Source: an uncultured Candidatus Rokubacteria bacterium (GTDB taxonomy: Bacteria; Methylomirabilota; Methylomirabilia; Rokubacteriales; DASRDR01). Taken from it: 64,000 bases of DNA. Where the stretch lies: contig CAVPSB010000026.1 of NCBI GenBank assembly GCA_963708025.1, forward strand, positions 1 through 64,000, in the 5' to 3' direction. Under the pieces are notes generated by a model that ran no database searches, was not told the DNA's origin, and saw only the letters and a program-made list of their open reading frames with translations. Shown here one piece after another: positions 1 to 9,448 of this stretch (within the stretch, counting starts at the first letter, position 1; each line of letters opens with the position of its first letter). Made by a program: the position numbers and the translations under genes.

Positions 1-213
1 AGAAGGGGCTTTGTGTAGACTAGCCTCTGGCCTCGGACATGGGTTCTCCTAACGAGACGTTGTGTCCGCTCGCCATAACAACGTTCGCGCCAGCGCGGGC
101 GACCGCGGCGCACGCAGGCGCGGCGCGGGCTTGGCCTGAATTCGGGCCTCGACGCGTGTCCCTATCCGTATCGAGGTGCGCGCCGCACTGGATCGGCATG
201 GATCCTCCGCGAC

Positions 214-1434
214 ATGGACTCCCTCGTCACCTCGGCCGCGCGCTCGCTGGCGGCGGGTGATCCGCTCGGCGCGCTGAAGCGCGTCGCGCTGCGCGACGAC
301 CCGCCGGCGCTCGCCCTGCGCGGCATCGCGATGGCCCAGCTCGGCGACTACGAGCGCGCGCGCAAGCTCTTGCGGCGCGCCGCCCGCGGCTTCGGGCCCC
401 ACGAGCGCCTCGCCCAGGCCCGCTGCCAGGTCGCCGAGGCCGAGGTCGCGCTCGCGGCGCGCGATCTGAGCAGGCCGGTGCGCGCGCTCGACGCCGCCGC
501 CCAGGCGCTCGACGCGCTCGGTGATCGAGCCAACGCGCTCCACGCCCGCCTCGTCGGGGTGCGCCGCCAGCTCCTCGTCGGCGAGCTCGAGGCCGCCGAG
601 CAGGCCCTCGCCGCGGTCGACGCCGCCGGCGCGCCGCCGCCGCTGGCGGCCCGCGCCGAGCTCACCCGCGCCGAGCTCGCGCTCCGCCGCGTCCGGGTCG
701 CGGACGCCGCCGCCGCGCTCGGCCGCGCCCACGCCGCCGCCCTCGCCGCCGGCATCCCGGCCCTGGTCGCCGAGATCGGCCGGGCCCGGCGCGCCCTCTC
801 GACGCCGTCGGCGCGCCTCATCCGCGGCGGCGTGGTCCGCCCGGTCCGCCTCGACGAGGTCGAGGCCCTGCTCGCGTCCGGCGACCTCGTCGTCGACGCC
901 TGCCGGCGCGCCGTGCGCGGCCCGGCGCGCTCTGTCCCGCTCGCCGGACGACCGGTCCTGTTCGCCCTCGTCGGCGCCCTCGCCGAGGCCTGGCCGGCCG
1001 ACGTGCCGCGCGATCGCCTCATCGAGCGCGCCTTCGAGACGCGCGCCGCCGACGAGTCGTACCGGGCCCGGCTCCGCGTCGAGCTCGGCCGCCTGCGCGC
1101 CGCCCTGCGCCCGCTCGCCCGCATCGAGGCGACCCGGCGCGGCTTCGCGCTCGTCCCCGTCGGCGCCCCTGCCGTGGTCGTGCTGGCCCCGCCGATCGAC
1201 GGCTCCGCCGGCGCCATCCTCGCCCTCCTCGAGGGCGGCGAGTCGTGGTCGACGTCGGCGATCGCGTGTGCGCTCGGCTCGAGCCAGCGCACCGTCCAGC
1301 GCGCGCTGCGCCAGCTCGAAGAAGCGGCGGCGGTGCGCGCCGTCGGCCGCGGTCGCTCGCGCCGCTGGCTCGCGCCGGCGCTCGGCGGATTCGCGACAAC
1401 CTTGTTACTCCCGGGCGCGCTGCCAGTCGGGTAG
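214..1434 (+). CDS. Helix-turn-helix domain-containing transcriptional regulator (TPR-like N-terminus, C-terminal winged HTH)
   Basis: 406-aa ORF; N-terminus MDSLVTSAARSLAAGDPLGALKRVALRDDPP is typical of regulators found beside DUF899; C-terminal WSTSAIACALGSSQRTVQRAL HTH. Confidence 0.8.
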   Translation: MDSLVTSAARSLAAGDPLGALKRVALRDDPPALALRGIAMAQLGDYERARKLLRRAARGFGPHERLAQARCQVAEAEVALAARDLSRPVRALDAAAQALDALGDRANALHARLVGVRRQLLVGELEAAEQALAAVDAAGAPPPLAARAELTRAELALRRVRVADAAAALGRAHAAALAAGIPALVAEIGRARRALSTPSARLIRGGVVRPVRLDEVEALLASGDLVVDACRRAVRGPARSVPLAGRPVLFALVGALAEAWPADVPRDRLIERAFETRAADESYRARLRVELGRLRAALRPLARIEATRRGFALVPVGAPAVVVLAPPIDGSAGAILALLEGGESWSTSAIACALGSSQRTVQRALRQLEEAAAVRAVGRGRSRRWLAPALGGFATTLLLPGALPVG

Positions 1435-1443
1435 TTTTGGATC

Positions 1444-2091
1444 ATGGCGAGGACGCGCAAGACCAGGGCCCGGCAGGCGGAGATCCTCCGCGAGTACGGC
1501 CCCTATCCCGGCATCGACCACGTCCATGGCGTGACCTTCGACGGGGCCCACGTCTGGTTCGCCCGTGGCCAGAGCATCGTCGCCCTCGATCCCGGCGGCG
1601 GCGCGCTGGTCCGCGAGCTCGCCGTCGCCGCCGACGCCGGCACCGCCTTCGACGGCGAATACCTCTGGCAGCTCGCCGGCGACCGGATCCAGAAGGTCGA
1701 TCCGCGCTCGGGGCAGGTCGTGGCCACCATCCCAGCGCCGGCCCACGGCCGCGACTCGGGCCTGACCTGGGCCGAGGGGACGCTCTGGGTCGGCGAGTAC
1801 CGCGCCCGCAAGATCCACCAGATCGACGCCGAGACCGGCGCCATCCTGCGCACGATCGAATCGGATCGCTTCGTCACCGGCGTCTCCTGGGTGAACGGCG
1901 AGCTCTGGCACGGCACCATGGAGGGCGAGCAGAGCGATCTCCGCCGCATCGATCCGGAGACGGGCGAGGTCCTCGAGCGACTCGAGATGCCCGCCGGCGT
2001 CGCCGTGACCGGCCTCGAGGCCGACGGCGCCGGCGTCTTCTACTGCGGCGGTGGCACCAGCGGCAAGGTGCGCGCCGTGCGCAAGCCCTGA
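1444..2091 (+). CDS. Glutamine cyclotransferase-like beta-propeller protein
   Basis: 215 aa with repeated blade motifs VHGVTFDG, AGTAFDG, SGLTWAEG, TGVSWVNG, TGLEADG. Confidence 0.75.
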   Translation: MARTRKTRARQAEILREYGPYPGIDHVHGVTFDGAHVWFARGQSIVALDPGGGALVRELAVAADAGTAFDGEYLWQLAGDRIQKVDPRSGQVVATIPAPAHGRDSGLTWAEGTLWVGEYRARKIHQIDAETGAILRTIESDRFVTGVSWVNGELWHGTMEGEQSDLRRIDPETGEVLERLEMPAGVAVTGLEADGAGVFYCGGGTSGKVRAVRKP

Positions 2092-2112
2092 CCCACGAGA
2101 AAGGAGCTCGCG

Positions 2113-2268
2113 ATGTGTCCAGTGTGCCTGGCCACGATGCGTCTCTACGTCGCCGGCGGAGTGTCGGCCGGTGGCATCACGACCTATCTGGGGACCCCTT
2201 CGCGGTGGATTCTGGCCGACAGTTCGGGTCCTCGCCGAAGGCCTCGGAACGGCAGATCGCCGCGATGA
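2113..2268 (+). CDS. Small CxxC protein (51 aa, MCPVCLATMRLYVAGGVSAGGITTYLG...)
   Basis: Not in the ORF track; strong SD AAGGAG at 2101-2106, ATG 2113, TGA ends 2268; CxxC followed by a hydrophobic Gly-rich stretch. Confidence 0.55.
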   Translation: MCPVCLATMRLYVAGGVSAGGITTYLGTPSRWILADSSGPRRRPRNGRSPR

Positions 2269-2506
2269 CCGCTGCGATGCTATCGGGCTCCGCGGCGTGA
2301 GCGAGCGTCCTTCGCCCGAGCAGCTGTAGGAGTTCGGCGCGCCGGTGATCGCCTTCTTGGCCTCCAAGCCAGCAAGCTACGTGACAGTGGCGCAGTACAC
2401 GATGGGCGGCGAACGGGAGCGATCGGCGGCTGCGCAGGACGTCGACCGAACTTGGAACGGAAGGGAACGAACGATGAAGGACACCCGAAGGAAGGAGAGA
2501 AGAGCG

Positions 2507-3286
2507 ATGACGAAGCACATGACCGGGACACGTAAAGAGTGGCTCGCAGCGCGGCTCGAGCTGCTCGAGGCGGAGAAGGAGCTAACGCGGCGCAGCGACG
2601 AGCTGGCGCGGCGGCGGCAGGAGCTGCCGTGGGTTCGGATCGACAAGGAGTACCGATTCGAGACCGACGAGGGGAGCGCCTCGCTGGCAGACCTCTTCCG
2701 AGGGCGCTCGCAGCTCCTCGTCTACCACTTCATGTTCGGGCCCGACTACACGGCGGGGTGTCCGTCCTGCTCGGCGATCGCGGACGGGTTCGACGGCTTC
2801 GTCGTCCACCTGGCCAACCACGACGTCATGCTTTCGGCGGTGTCGCGGGCGCCGCTCGCGAAGCTGCAGGCGTACAAGCGGCGGATGGGGTGGACGTTTC
2901 CCTGGGCGTCCTCGCTCGGCAGCGACTTCAACTTCGACTTCAACGTCTCGGTTCACCGAGGAGCAACAGCGCGAGGGGGGCATCGAATACAACTACCGGC
3001 GCGAGGCGGCGTGGACGTGCGCATCGGCGCTCACGACGACGGCGGCGAGGGGCCTGTCGCCGAGATCGCGGCCATGACCGGAACCGACGCGGCCACGTAC
3101 ACGCGCGAGAGGCCGGGCATGAGCGCGTTCGTGCTCGAGGACGGCGTCGTCTACCACACCTATTCCACCTATGCGCGCGGACTGGACGGCCTCTGGGGCA
3201 TGTACCAGTGGCTCGACCGCGCACCCAAGGGGCGCAACGAGACGGGCGTCTGGTGGCGCCGCCACGACGAGTACGACAAGGGCTGA
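2507..3286 (+). CDS. DUF899 thioredoxin-like protein (apparent compensated internal frameshift ~2950-3040)
   Basis: SD AAGGAG then MTKHMTGTRKEWLAARLELL; QLLVYHFMFGPD, GCPSCS, YHTYSTYARG, LDRAPKGRNE, WWRRHDEY. Confidence 0.85.
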   Translation: MTKHMTGTRKEWLAARLELLEAEKELTRRSDELARRRQELPWVRIDKEYRFETDEGSASLADLFRGRSQLLVYHFMFGPDYTAGCPSCSAIADGFDGFVVHLANHDVMLSAVSRAPLAKLQAYKRRMGWTFPWASSLGSDFNFDFNVSVHRGATARGGHRIQLPARGGVDVRIGAHDDGGEGPVAEIAAMTGTDAATYTRERPGMSAFVLEDGVVYHTYSTYARGLDGLWGMYQWLDRAPKGRNETGVWWRRHDEYDKG

Positions 3287-3338
3287 GCGAAGTCGTGGTT
3301 GTCGTGGCGCAACTGCGGGACTGGAGATCTCACGACGC

Positions 3339-4130
3339 ATGGCTTCCGAGCGAGCTTCCCAGCAAGCGTTTCTTGGCGTCTCGGCGCTGCTCTTCGCTGC
3401 CAGCGCGGCGGTGACGATCGTCTGGTGCGCGTCCATGTCGGCGATGGGCGAGATGCCGATGCCCGGCGGCTGGACGATGTCGATGGCGTGGATGCGGATG
3501 CCCGGACAGACGTGGCCCGGCGCCGCGGCGTCGTTCCTCGGCATGTGGGTCGTGATGATGGTGGCGATGATGCTGCCGTCCTTGGTCCCGATGCTGTGGC
3601 GCTACCGCCAGGCCGTTGGCAGGACAGGCGAGACGCGCCTCGGTCGGCTGACCGCGCTCGTGGGCGTGGGGTACTTCTTCGTCTGGACCGTGTTCGGAAT
3701 GGCCGCCTTTCCGCTGGGCGTCGCGCTGGCGGCGATCGAGATGCAGCAGCCGGCGCTGGCGCGCGCCGTACCGATCGCGGTCGGTGTGGTCGTCCTGATC
3801 GCCGGCGCCCTCCAGTTCACCGCGTGGAAGGCGCGTCACCTTGCCTGCTGCCGGGAGGCACCCGGGCGCGGCCGTACGCTGCCGGCCGACGCCGGCACGG
3901 CCTGGCGACACGGCCTGCGCCTCGGCCTCCACTGCAGCCACTGCTGTGCCGGTCTGATGGCGATCCTCCTGGTCATCGGGGTCATGGACCTTCGCGCGAT
4001 GGCTGTCGTGGCGGCAGCCATCACCGTCGAACGTCTCGCACCGGCCGGTGAGCGCGTCGCGCGAGCCATCGGGGCCGTCGTCGTCGGGGCAGGGTTGTTT
4101 CTGATCGCGCGAGCAGCCGGGCTCGGATGA
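3339..4130 (+). CDS. DUF2182 predicted metal-binding integral membrane protein
   Basis: Met-rich MPMPGGWTMSMAWMRM, FLGMWVVMMVAMMLPS, LQFTAWKARHLACCR, GLHCSHCC; multiple TM helices. Confidence 0.85.
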   Translation: MASERASQQAFLGVSALLFAASAAVTIVWCASMSAMGEMPMPGGWTMSMAWMRMPGQTWPGAAASFLGMWVVMMVAMMLPSLVPMLWRYRQAVGRTGETRLGRLTALVGVGYFFVWTVFGMAAFPLGVALAAIEMQQPALARAVPIAVGVVVLIAGALQFTAWKARHLACCREAPGRGRTLPADAGTAWRHGLRLGLHCSHCCAGLMAILLVIGVMDLRAMAVVAAAITVERLAPAGERVARAIGAVVVGAGLFLIARAAGLG

Positions 4131-4179
4131 CGCATCCGCATCGTGCACCTGAACTTCGTCCACCGTGCGCGCCTGGGAC

Positions 4180-4580
4180 CTCAGCGAGGCCCCCCCTGGA
4201 GGTAGACACTCGTGAACGGCCTCCTGGCCCTCCAGGAGGCCGTTCAGTTTTCCCCGCCCGGGGATCTCCGCGCGCCGCTCGGTCGGCGTTAACGGCAAGG
4301 GCGCGAGGACCAGCTCCCCATCCAGATGCTTGGCAACCCCGGCCTTCGCGCGCCCGGAGCTCCTCCCGCACCGTGGCCACCTCCAGGTGGCCGTTGATTG
4401 GCGCGGGCGAGCGTGTCGATCGTCGCGGGCGTCATCGCCGCTCGGAACTTCTCGAGCAGACTCGCCTCGAGGGACGACTGGCGGTACCCCACCGAGTGGG
4501 CGCAGACGGCCGCCCCTTGGTGGCCGCGAAGCCGCAGCGGTACCAGCCGTAGCGGAAGACGTGAGGGCCGTTCCGCCGGG
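4180..4580 (-). pseudogene. Remnant of a large serine recombinase (zinc-ribbon and C-terminal region)
   Basis: Frameshifted minus-strand pieces RYGWYRCGFAATKG / AVCAHSVGYRQSSLEASLLEKFRAAMTP / AKHLDGELVLAPLP...GLLEGQEAV. Confidence 0.55.
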
Positions 4581-4640
4581 TCAATGTCTGTCCCACCAAA
4601 CGCGCGCCGCACGGTAGACTGGAGGGCGGGAGCCAGGCGC

Positions 4641-6104
4641 GTGCACCAAGCCCTCGAGCCGGCGTTCATCGGTCGCACCTACGGCGACTTCCTCTTCCGG
4701 CCACAGGTTGGGGTCGTCGACTCGCGGCGCGCCGTCTCCCTCGCCACCCGGCTGTCCCGGCGCCTCCGCCTCGGCCTCCCCGTTGTCTCCGCGAACATGG
4801 ACAGCGTGACCGGCGCCCGGATGGGCGAGGCCATGGCGCTGGAGGGCGGGATGGGCTTCGTCCACCGGGGCCTGCCCATCGCGGCCCAGGCGGAGCGGGT
4901 GCAGCGGGTCAAGCGCCGACACGGCTACGTCGTGGAGCAGCCGCTCTGCCTGCCCCGGGGGACGACGATCCGAGACGCGCGGGCGTTCATCGCGATCCAC
5001 AACATCACCGGGATCCTCATCGAGGACGCGCGCGACAGCGGGCGGCTGGCGGGGCTGCTCTCCAACCGGGACCTCCCGTGGGGAGAGGGCCGGGAGGAGC
5101 AGCCGGTCGAACGGTTCATGACGCCCGTCGAGAGGCTGGTGACGGGGCCGCCCGGCATTCCCATGGACGAGGCCGAGCGCCGGATGTTCGAGCACCGCAT
5201 CGAGAAGCTGCCGCTCGTGGACGCGGGGGGGCGGATCCGCGGCCTCGTCACCAAGAAGGATCTCATTCTCGCCCGTCGGCGTCCCGACTCGAGCAAGGAC
5301 GCGAAGGGGCACCTGCTGGTGGGCGCCGCCATCGGTGCCCGGGGCGACTACCTCGAGCGCGCCGCAGAGGTGCTCCGGGCAGGGGCGGATGCGTTGCTGG
5401 TTGACATCGCCCACGGGCACTCCTACGTCATGCGCGAGGCGGTCGAGGCGGTCCGCGCCAAGTTCGGCGACGTCGAGCTGGTGTGCGGCAACGTGGCGAC
5501 CGCCGAAGGCGCCGCGTTCCTGAAGGAGCTGGGCGCCGACGCCGTCAAGGTGGGGGTCGGCCCCGGGCACGGGTGCCGGACGCGGCTCGAGACCGGCGTC
5601 GGCGTCCCCCAGCTCCAGGCGGTCCGCGAGGCGTGGTGTGCCGTCGGCGAGACCGTGCCGATCATCGCCGACGGCGGCGTCCGGGACGACAAGGACGTGT
5701 TCCTCGCGCTGGTCTGCGGCGCCTCCTCCGTGATGCTCGGCAGCCTCCTGTCGGGGACCGACGAGGCGCCCGGCTCCGTCATCGAGGACCCCGGGACCGG
5801 GGAGAAGCGGAAGATCTATCGCGGCATGACCTCGCCCCAGGCGGTGCTGAACACACTCTTCAGCGCCGAGCCGTGGGAAGACGGCCTCGCCGTGGACGTT
5901 CCCGCCGAAGGCCAGGAGGTGCAGGTGCCGTATCGGGGGTCGGTGGTGGACATCCTCTCTCGGATCCGCGGCCATCTCCGCTCGGCCGTCAGCTACGCGG
6001 GCGAGGCGACGCTCGAGGCCGCGCGGGGCAAGGTGCTGCCCGACCCCCTACGGTACCTCGTGCCGCTGTCCTCCGCGGCGCGCGACGAGTCCTACGAACG
6101 CTGA
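4641..6104 (+). CDS. IMP dehydrogenase/GMP reductase family protein with CBS pair (divergent active site)
   Basis: PVVSANMDSVT, CBS domains, VDIAHGHS, GNVAT, KVGVGPGHGCRTR, IIADGG, YRGMTS; GTG start after GGGAG. Confidence 0.85.
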   Translation: MHQALEPAFIGRTYGDFLFRPQVGVVDSRRAVSLATRLSRRLRLGLPVVSANMDSVTGARMGEAMALEGGMGFVHRGLPIAAQAERVQRVKRRHGYVVEQPLCLPRGTTIRDARAFIAIHNITGILIEDARDSGRLAGLLSNRDLPWGEGREEQPVERFMTPVERLVTGPPGIPMDEAERRMFEHRIEKLPLVDAGGRIRGLVTKKDLILARRRPDSSKDAKGHLLVGAAIGARGDYLERAAEVLRAGADALLVDIAHGHSYVMREAVEAVRAKFGDVELVCGNVATAEGAAFLKELGADAVKVGVGPGHGCRTRLETGVGVPQLQAVREAWCAVGETVPIIADGGVRDDKDVFLALVCGASSVMLGSLLSGTDEAPGSVIEDPGTGEKRKIYRGMTSPQAVLNTLFSAEPWEDGLAVDVPAEGQEVQVPYRGSVVDILSRIRGHLRSAVSYAGEATLEAARGKVLPDPLRYLVPLSSAARDESYER

Positions 6105-6679
6105 GCCCGGCGCACGCGGTGCCGGTCCCGCCCGCCCCCGCTCCCGCTTTCCTCTACGGCACCGCCTGGGTGATTCGACCCGTGCTCCGGGCGGGGAGGC
6201 GGGAGCTCAGAACCGTCGAGCTTGATCGAAGTCACCGTCGTACAAGATCAATCCAGTATGTGGCGGGGGCCGTGTGGCATTCTGCCAACCGCATCATGCG
6301 CGAACCTCCCGATGGCCGGGATGCTACGCCTGGGTGGTCGGACGCGTCAACCGGCGCCGCTCGCATCGTTCAATACCCCTCGCCGCGACGACAGGCACCG
6401 GGTAGGGGCTGCGGGGGCCGCCAGTGGTGTCTGAACAGCGCCAGCCTAGACCAGCACTTACGGTGTGCCAGGCGCGGGGGATTTGCGACAGTGAGTGACC
6501 GGCTGGGCCCCGGAGCGATCGGGCTCGAGCGACGCTCACCTACTACCTCGACCGCTTCGCCCGGGACCTAGCCACGACGCGCGACGCCGTCCGTCGCTTC
6601 GCCCGGCGCGGTGTCGAGCTACGATCGCGATCACCGCGAGCGGACGTCATCCTCGCCGTGCCCGGAATCGGGCGTCCCG

Positions 6680-7327
6680 TCAACGAGGTCGTGGCGTGCG
6701 ACGAGGCCGAGTCGGGGGCGTTCGGGCCGGGCGCCTTGGCGAGCCTCGCCCGGCGCGGGCTGTTGCACGCGTCGCGGCCTTCGGGCTCGGCTTGGCCCCG
6801 CCCGGGCTGGCACTCACGAGGATGAAGGCGACAAGGCAGGGCTGACCGCTGCGGTTGCTCCAGGCGTGGTTGGTGCCGCGCTGCACGAGGGTGTCGCCGG
6901 CGCGGAGCAGCGTCTCGCCCTCGTCCATCAGCGCCCAGATCTCGCCGGACAGGACGAGGGCATAGTCCACCGTGTCCGTCTTGTGCATGCCCGGATGCCG
7001 CGAAGCGTCCGGATCCATGGCGTGCCCGGCGCCCATGGCGGCGAAGGCGGCTTTGCGATCGAACCCGCCGGGCGCCTGGTCCGGCGGGAACTCCACCACG
7101 CGGAAGATCGTGCCGTTCTTCGGCGGCTCCAGCACCACCGGCCGCGCCGCGGCGTCGGCGGTGCCCGCGTTGGACGCGGGTGTGCGGTCAGTGACCCACA
7201 GGTTGGTCAGGGCGAAATCGGGGCGGCTCGGCAGTGTCAGCACATGGGGCGACGGGCCGTCGTTCAGGATCACGGATCGGCCGCGGGCATCATGCCCGGT
7301 CACCACACGCCGGATCTTCCTGACCAT
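6680..7327 (-). CDS. Cupin domain protein
   Basis: IRRVVTGHDARGRS; MHKTDTVDYALVLSGEI; GDTLVQRGTNHAW. Confidence 0.85.
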   Translation of the reverse strand: MVRKIRRVVTGHDARGRSVILNDGPSPHVLTLPSRPDFALTNLWVTDRTPASNAGTADAAARPVVLEPPKNGTIFRVVEFPPDQAPGGFDRKAAFAAMGAGHAMDPDASRHPGMHKTDTVDYALVLSGEIWALMDEGETLLRAGDTLVQRGTNHAWSNRSGQPCLVAFILVSASPGGAKPSPKAATRATARAGRGSPRRPARTPPTRPRRTPRPR

Positions 7328-7390
7328 GGGGTCCCCCCAGCCCTGCCGGAGTCGGGTGGCGGCACGATCGGTCCCACGTCGCCCATCGCT

Positions 7391-7846
7391 TCATGGGCAC
7401 CTTCCGATGGCCGCGATGCTACGTCGGGAGGCCGGAGGCGTCAACCGCGCGGCAGACCCGCTATCGTTCGGCAGGAGCGCAGCCCGGACCGCCTCGATCA
7501 GATCCTCCACCGACACCGGCTTCTCCAGCACCACGCGCACGCCGAAGTCCCGCGCCTACGCAGCCAGCTCATCGGTCATCCCGCCCGAGTAGAGAATCAG
7601 CGACGTGCCGGGGGCTGTCCCTCGGATCGCCGCAAGCAGATCGAGGCCCGCGATCCCGGGGAGATGGTAGTCAGCCACGATCACGGCGACGTGACGCTGG
7701 GCGAGGATCGCGAGCGCCTCCACCGCATCGGCTGTCCCGACCGCCTCAAGTCCGGCGACCTCCAGCGCGCCGAGCAGGGCCGCCCGGACCGCCGGATCGT
7801 CCTCGACGAGCAGCACCCGCGGCCGCCGGGTGGTCACCACGCACAC
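7391..7846 (-). pseudogene. Stand-alone response regulator receiver domain interrupted by an in-frame TAG (7556-7558)
   Basis: VLLVEDD...VADYHLPG...ILYSG...ELAA*ARDFGVRVVLEKPVSVEDLIEAV; the conserved KP motif lies after the stop. Confidence 0.7.
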
Positions 7847-7895
7847 CTGAAGAAACAGTCCCGTTCTGACACCATCCGGAGGGGCCCAGCCGGTG

Positions 7896-8575
7896 TTACT
7901 CGATCACCTCGTTCGCCCGCGCCAGGACCGCCGGCGGGATCGTGAGGCCAAGGGCCTTGGCGGTCTTCAGGTTGATCACGAACTCGAACTTGCTTGGCTC
8001 CTGCACTGGCAGGTCGGTGGGCTTGGCACCCTTGAGGAGCTTGTCGATGTACCCGACCGCGCGGCGAAAGATGTCGGGCATACTGACCCCATAGACCATC
8101 AGCCCACCGGCATCGGCGAACTCTCGCCAAGCGCCGATCGATGGAAGGCGGTGCTTGATCGCGAACTCGGCAATGCGGGTGCCGGCCGGCTGGCTGTGCA
8201 CCACGGATTCCGCCGGCAAGACGAGCCCGTCAGGCCGGGTCTGCAAGACGGAGGCGAGTGCGCGATCGATCCTGCTGGGGTCTCGCACGTCCACGCTGTG
8301 AAAAACCACGCCGAGCGTCTTCGCGGCCGCCTGCGTCTCCTGGACCGCGAGCACAATCGACGGATTGCCCAGATTCGAGAGCATCGTGACCCGAGCGAGC
8401 CCTGGCAGCACTTCCTTGAGCAGTTCGAGCCGCTTGGCACTCAGGTCAGTTCCGACGCCGGACAACCCCGTGATGTTGCCAGCGGGCCGAGCCAGGCTGG
8501 CGACGAAGCCGGTGGCCACAGGATCGTTCGTCGCCGTCATCACGATCGGGATCGTCTTCGTGGCGTTCTTCAGTG
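7896..8575 (-). pseudogene. 5'-truncated orphan ABC transporter substrate-binding protein (PF04392-type)
   Basis: KNATKTIPIVM..DPVATGFVASLARPAGNITG...KRLELLKE...YIDKLLKGAKPTDLPVQEP..FEFVINLKTAKALG..ANEVIE; signal peptide and N-terminal part missing. Confidence 0.75.
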
Positions 8576-8699
8576 TGCCGGGCCCACTGGACGCGGGCGA
8601 CGTGGATCTTCGTCCGGGGCGACGCGGTGGGGCACACCCTGGGCGAGCGGCGGGCCCGCGACGACGCGAGCTGGGCGAACCTCCGGTTCACGTCGCCCT

Positions 8700-9025
8700 T
8701 CGACGTGGCCCTCCACATGGCGGCGCCGTTCCTCGTCGAGGCCGGCCCCGGGCCCGCCGTCGTCACGCGGCTGCTCCTCGGCCGGCCCCGTCCCGAACCG
8801 GCCTACTGCCGGCCGTTCGCGGAGCGGCCATCGGCCTCGCCTTCCGCACGGCCGACGGCTGGTCGCTGGTGGACGACAAGACCGACCAGCTCGCCCTGCC
8901 CAACCTGCTACGGCGAGCCGGTGCGCCAGTACGACGTCAGGTGGGAGCGTCTGGGGCCGGGCCCGGTCGCGTATGCCGGGCTGTTCGCCGTCAGCGAGGG
9001 ACGGGCATCGGGGGATCTGCGATGA
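8700..9025 (+). pseudogene. Remnant of AddA/UvrD-type C-terminal PD-(D/E)XK nuclease domain
   Basis: GAAIGLAFRTADGWSLVDDKTDQL resembles G.IDL.F....W..VDYKTD; frameshifted continuation VRQYDVRWERL...AGLFAV. Confidence 0.5.
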
Positions 9026-9448
9026 AGGCGCGATTTATCGGCTGCCTGCTGGGCGGCGCCCGACTGGTGTTCGGCGGCTGTTCCGCCAGCGGGGTTACAC
9101 GGACGGGGCCGGTCGCTGCTACCATCGTGCTACCGATCCTCGCCACACGGGGGCGAACCAGGAGGAAGGTCGGTCGGAGCCAATGTCTGATTTTCGTGCG
9201 GGTTAGGTTCGGCTGGGTCTTCCTCGTCAGCGTCCCGATCTCCTCGGCGGCTGAGCCGACGCTGCCTTAGGAATTCCGCGGGTTTCCCACGCGGCCGACC
9301 CGCCGCGGTCGAACGCACCGGCACCGGCGCCGACTCCGCCGAACCCACCCGGATGTACGGCGTGCTGGCCCGGCGAGCCGACCCCGCCCGTCCCCCGCCC
9401 GGCAAGCGGCAGCGATCCGCTCGGGAACCCGGTCAAGGCCCCAGGTTA

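Noticed and set aside
7556-7558. Pyrrolysine or genome-wide TAG recoding
   Set aside because: TAG is used as a normal stop by many genes here and no pyl genes are present
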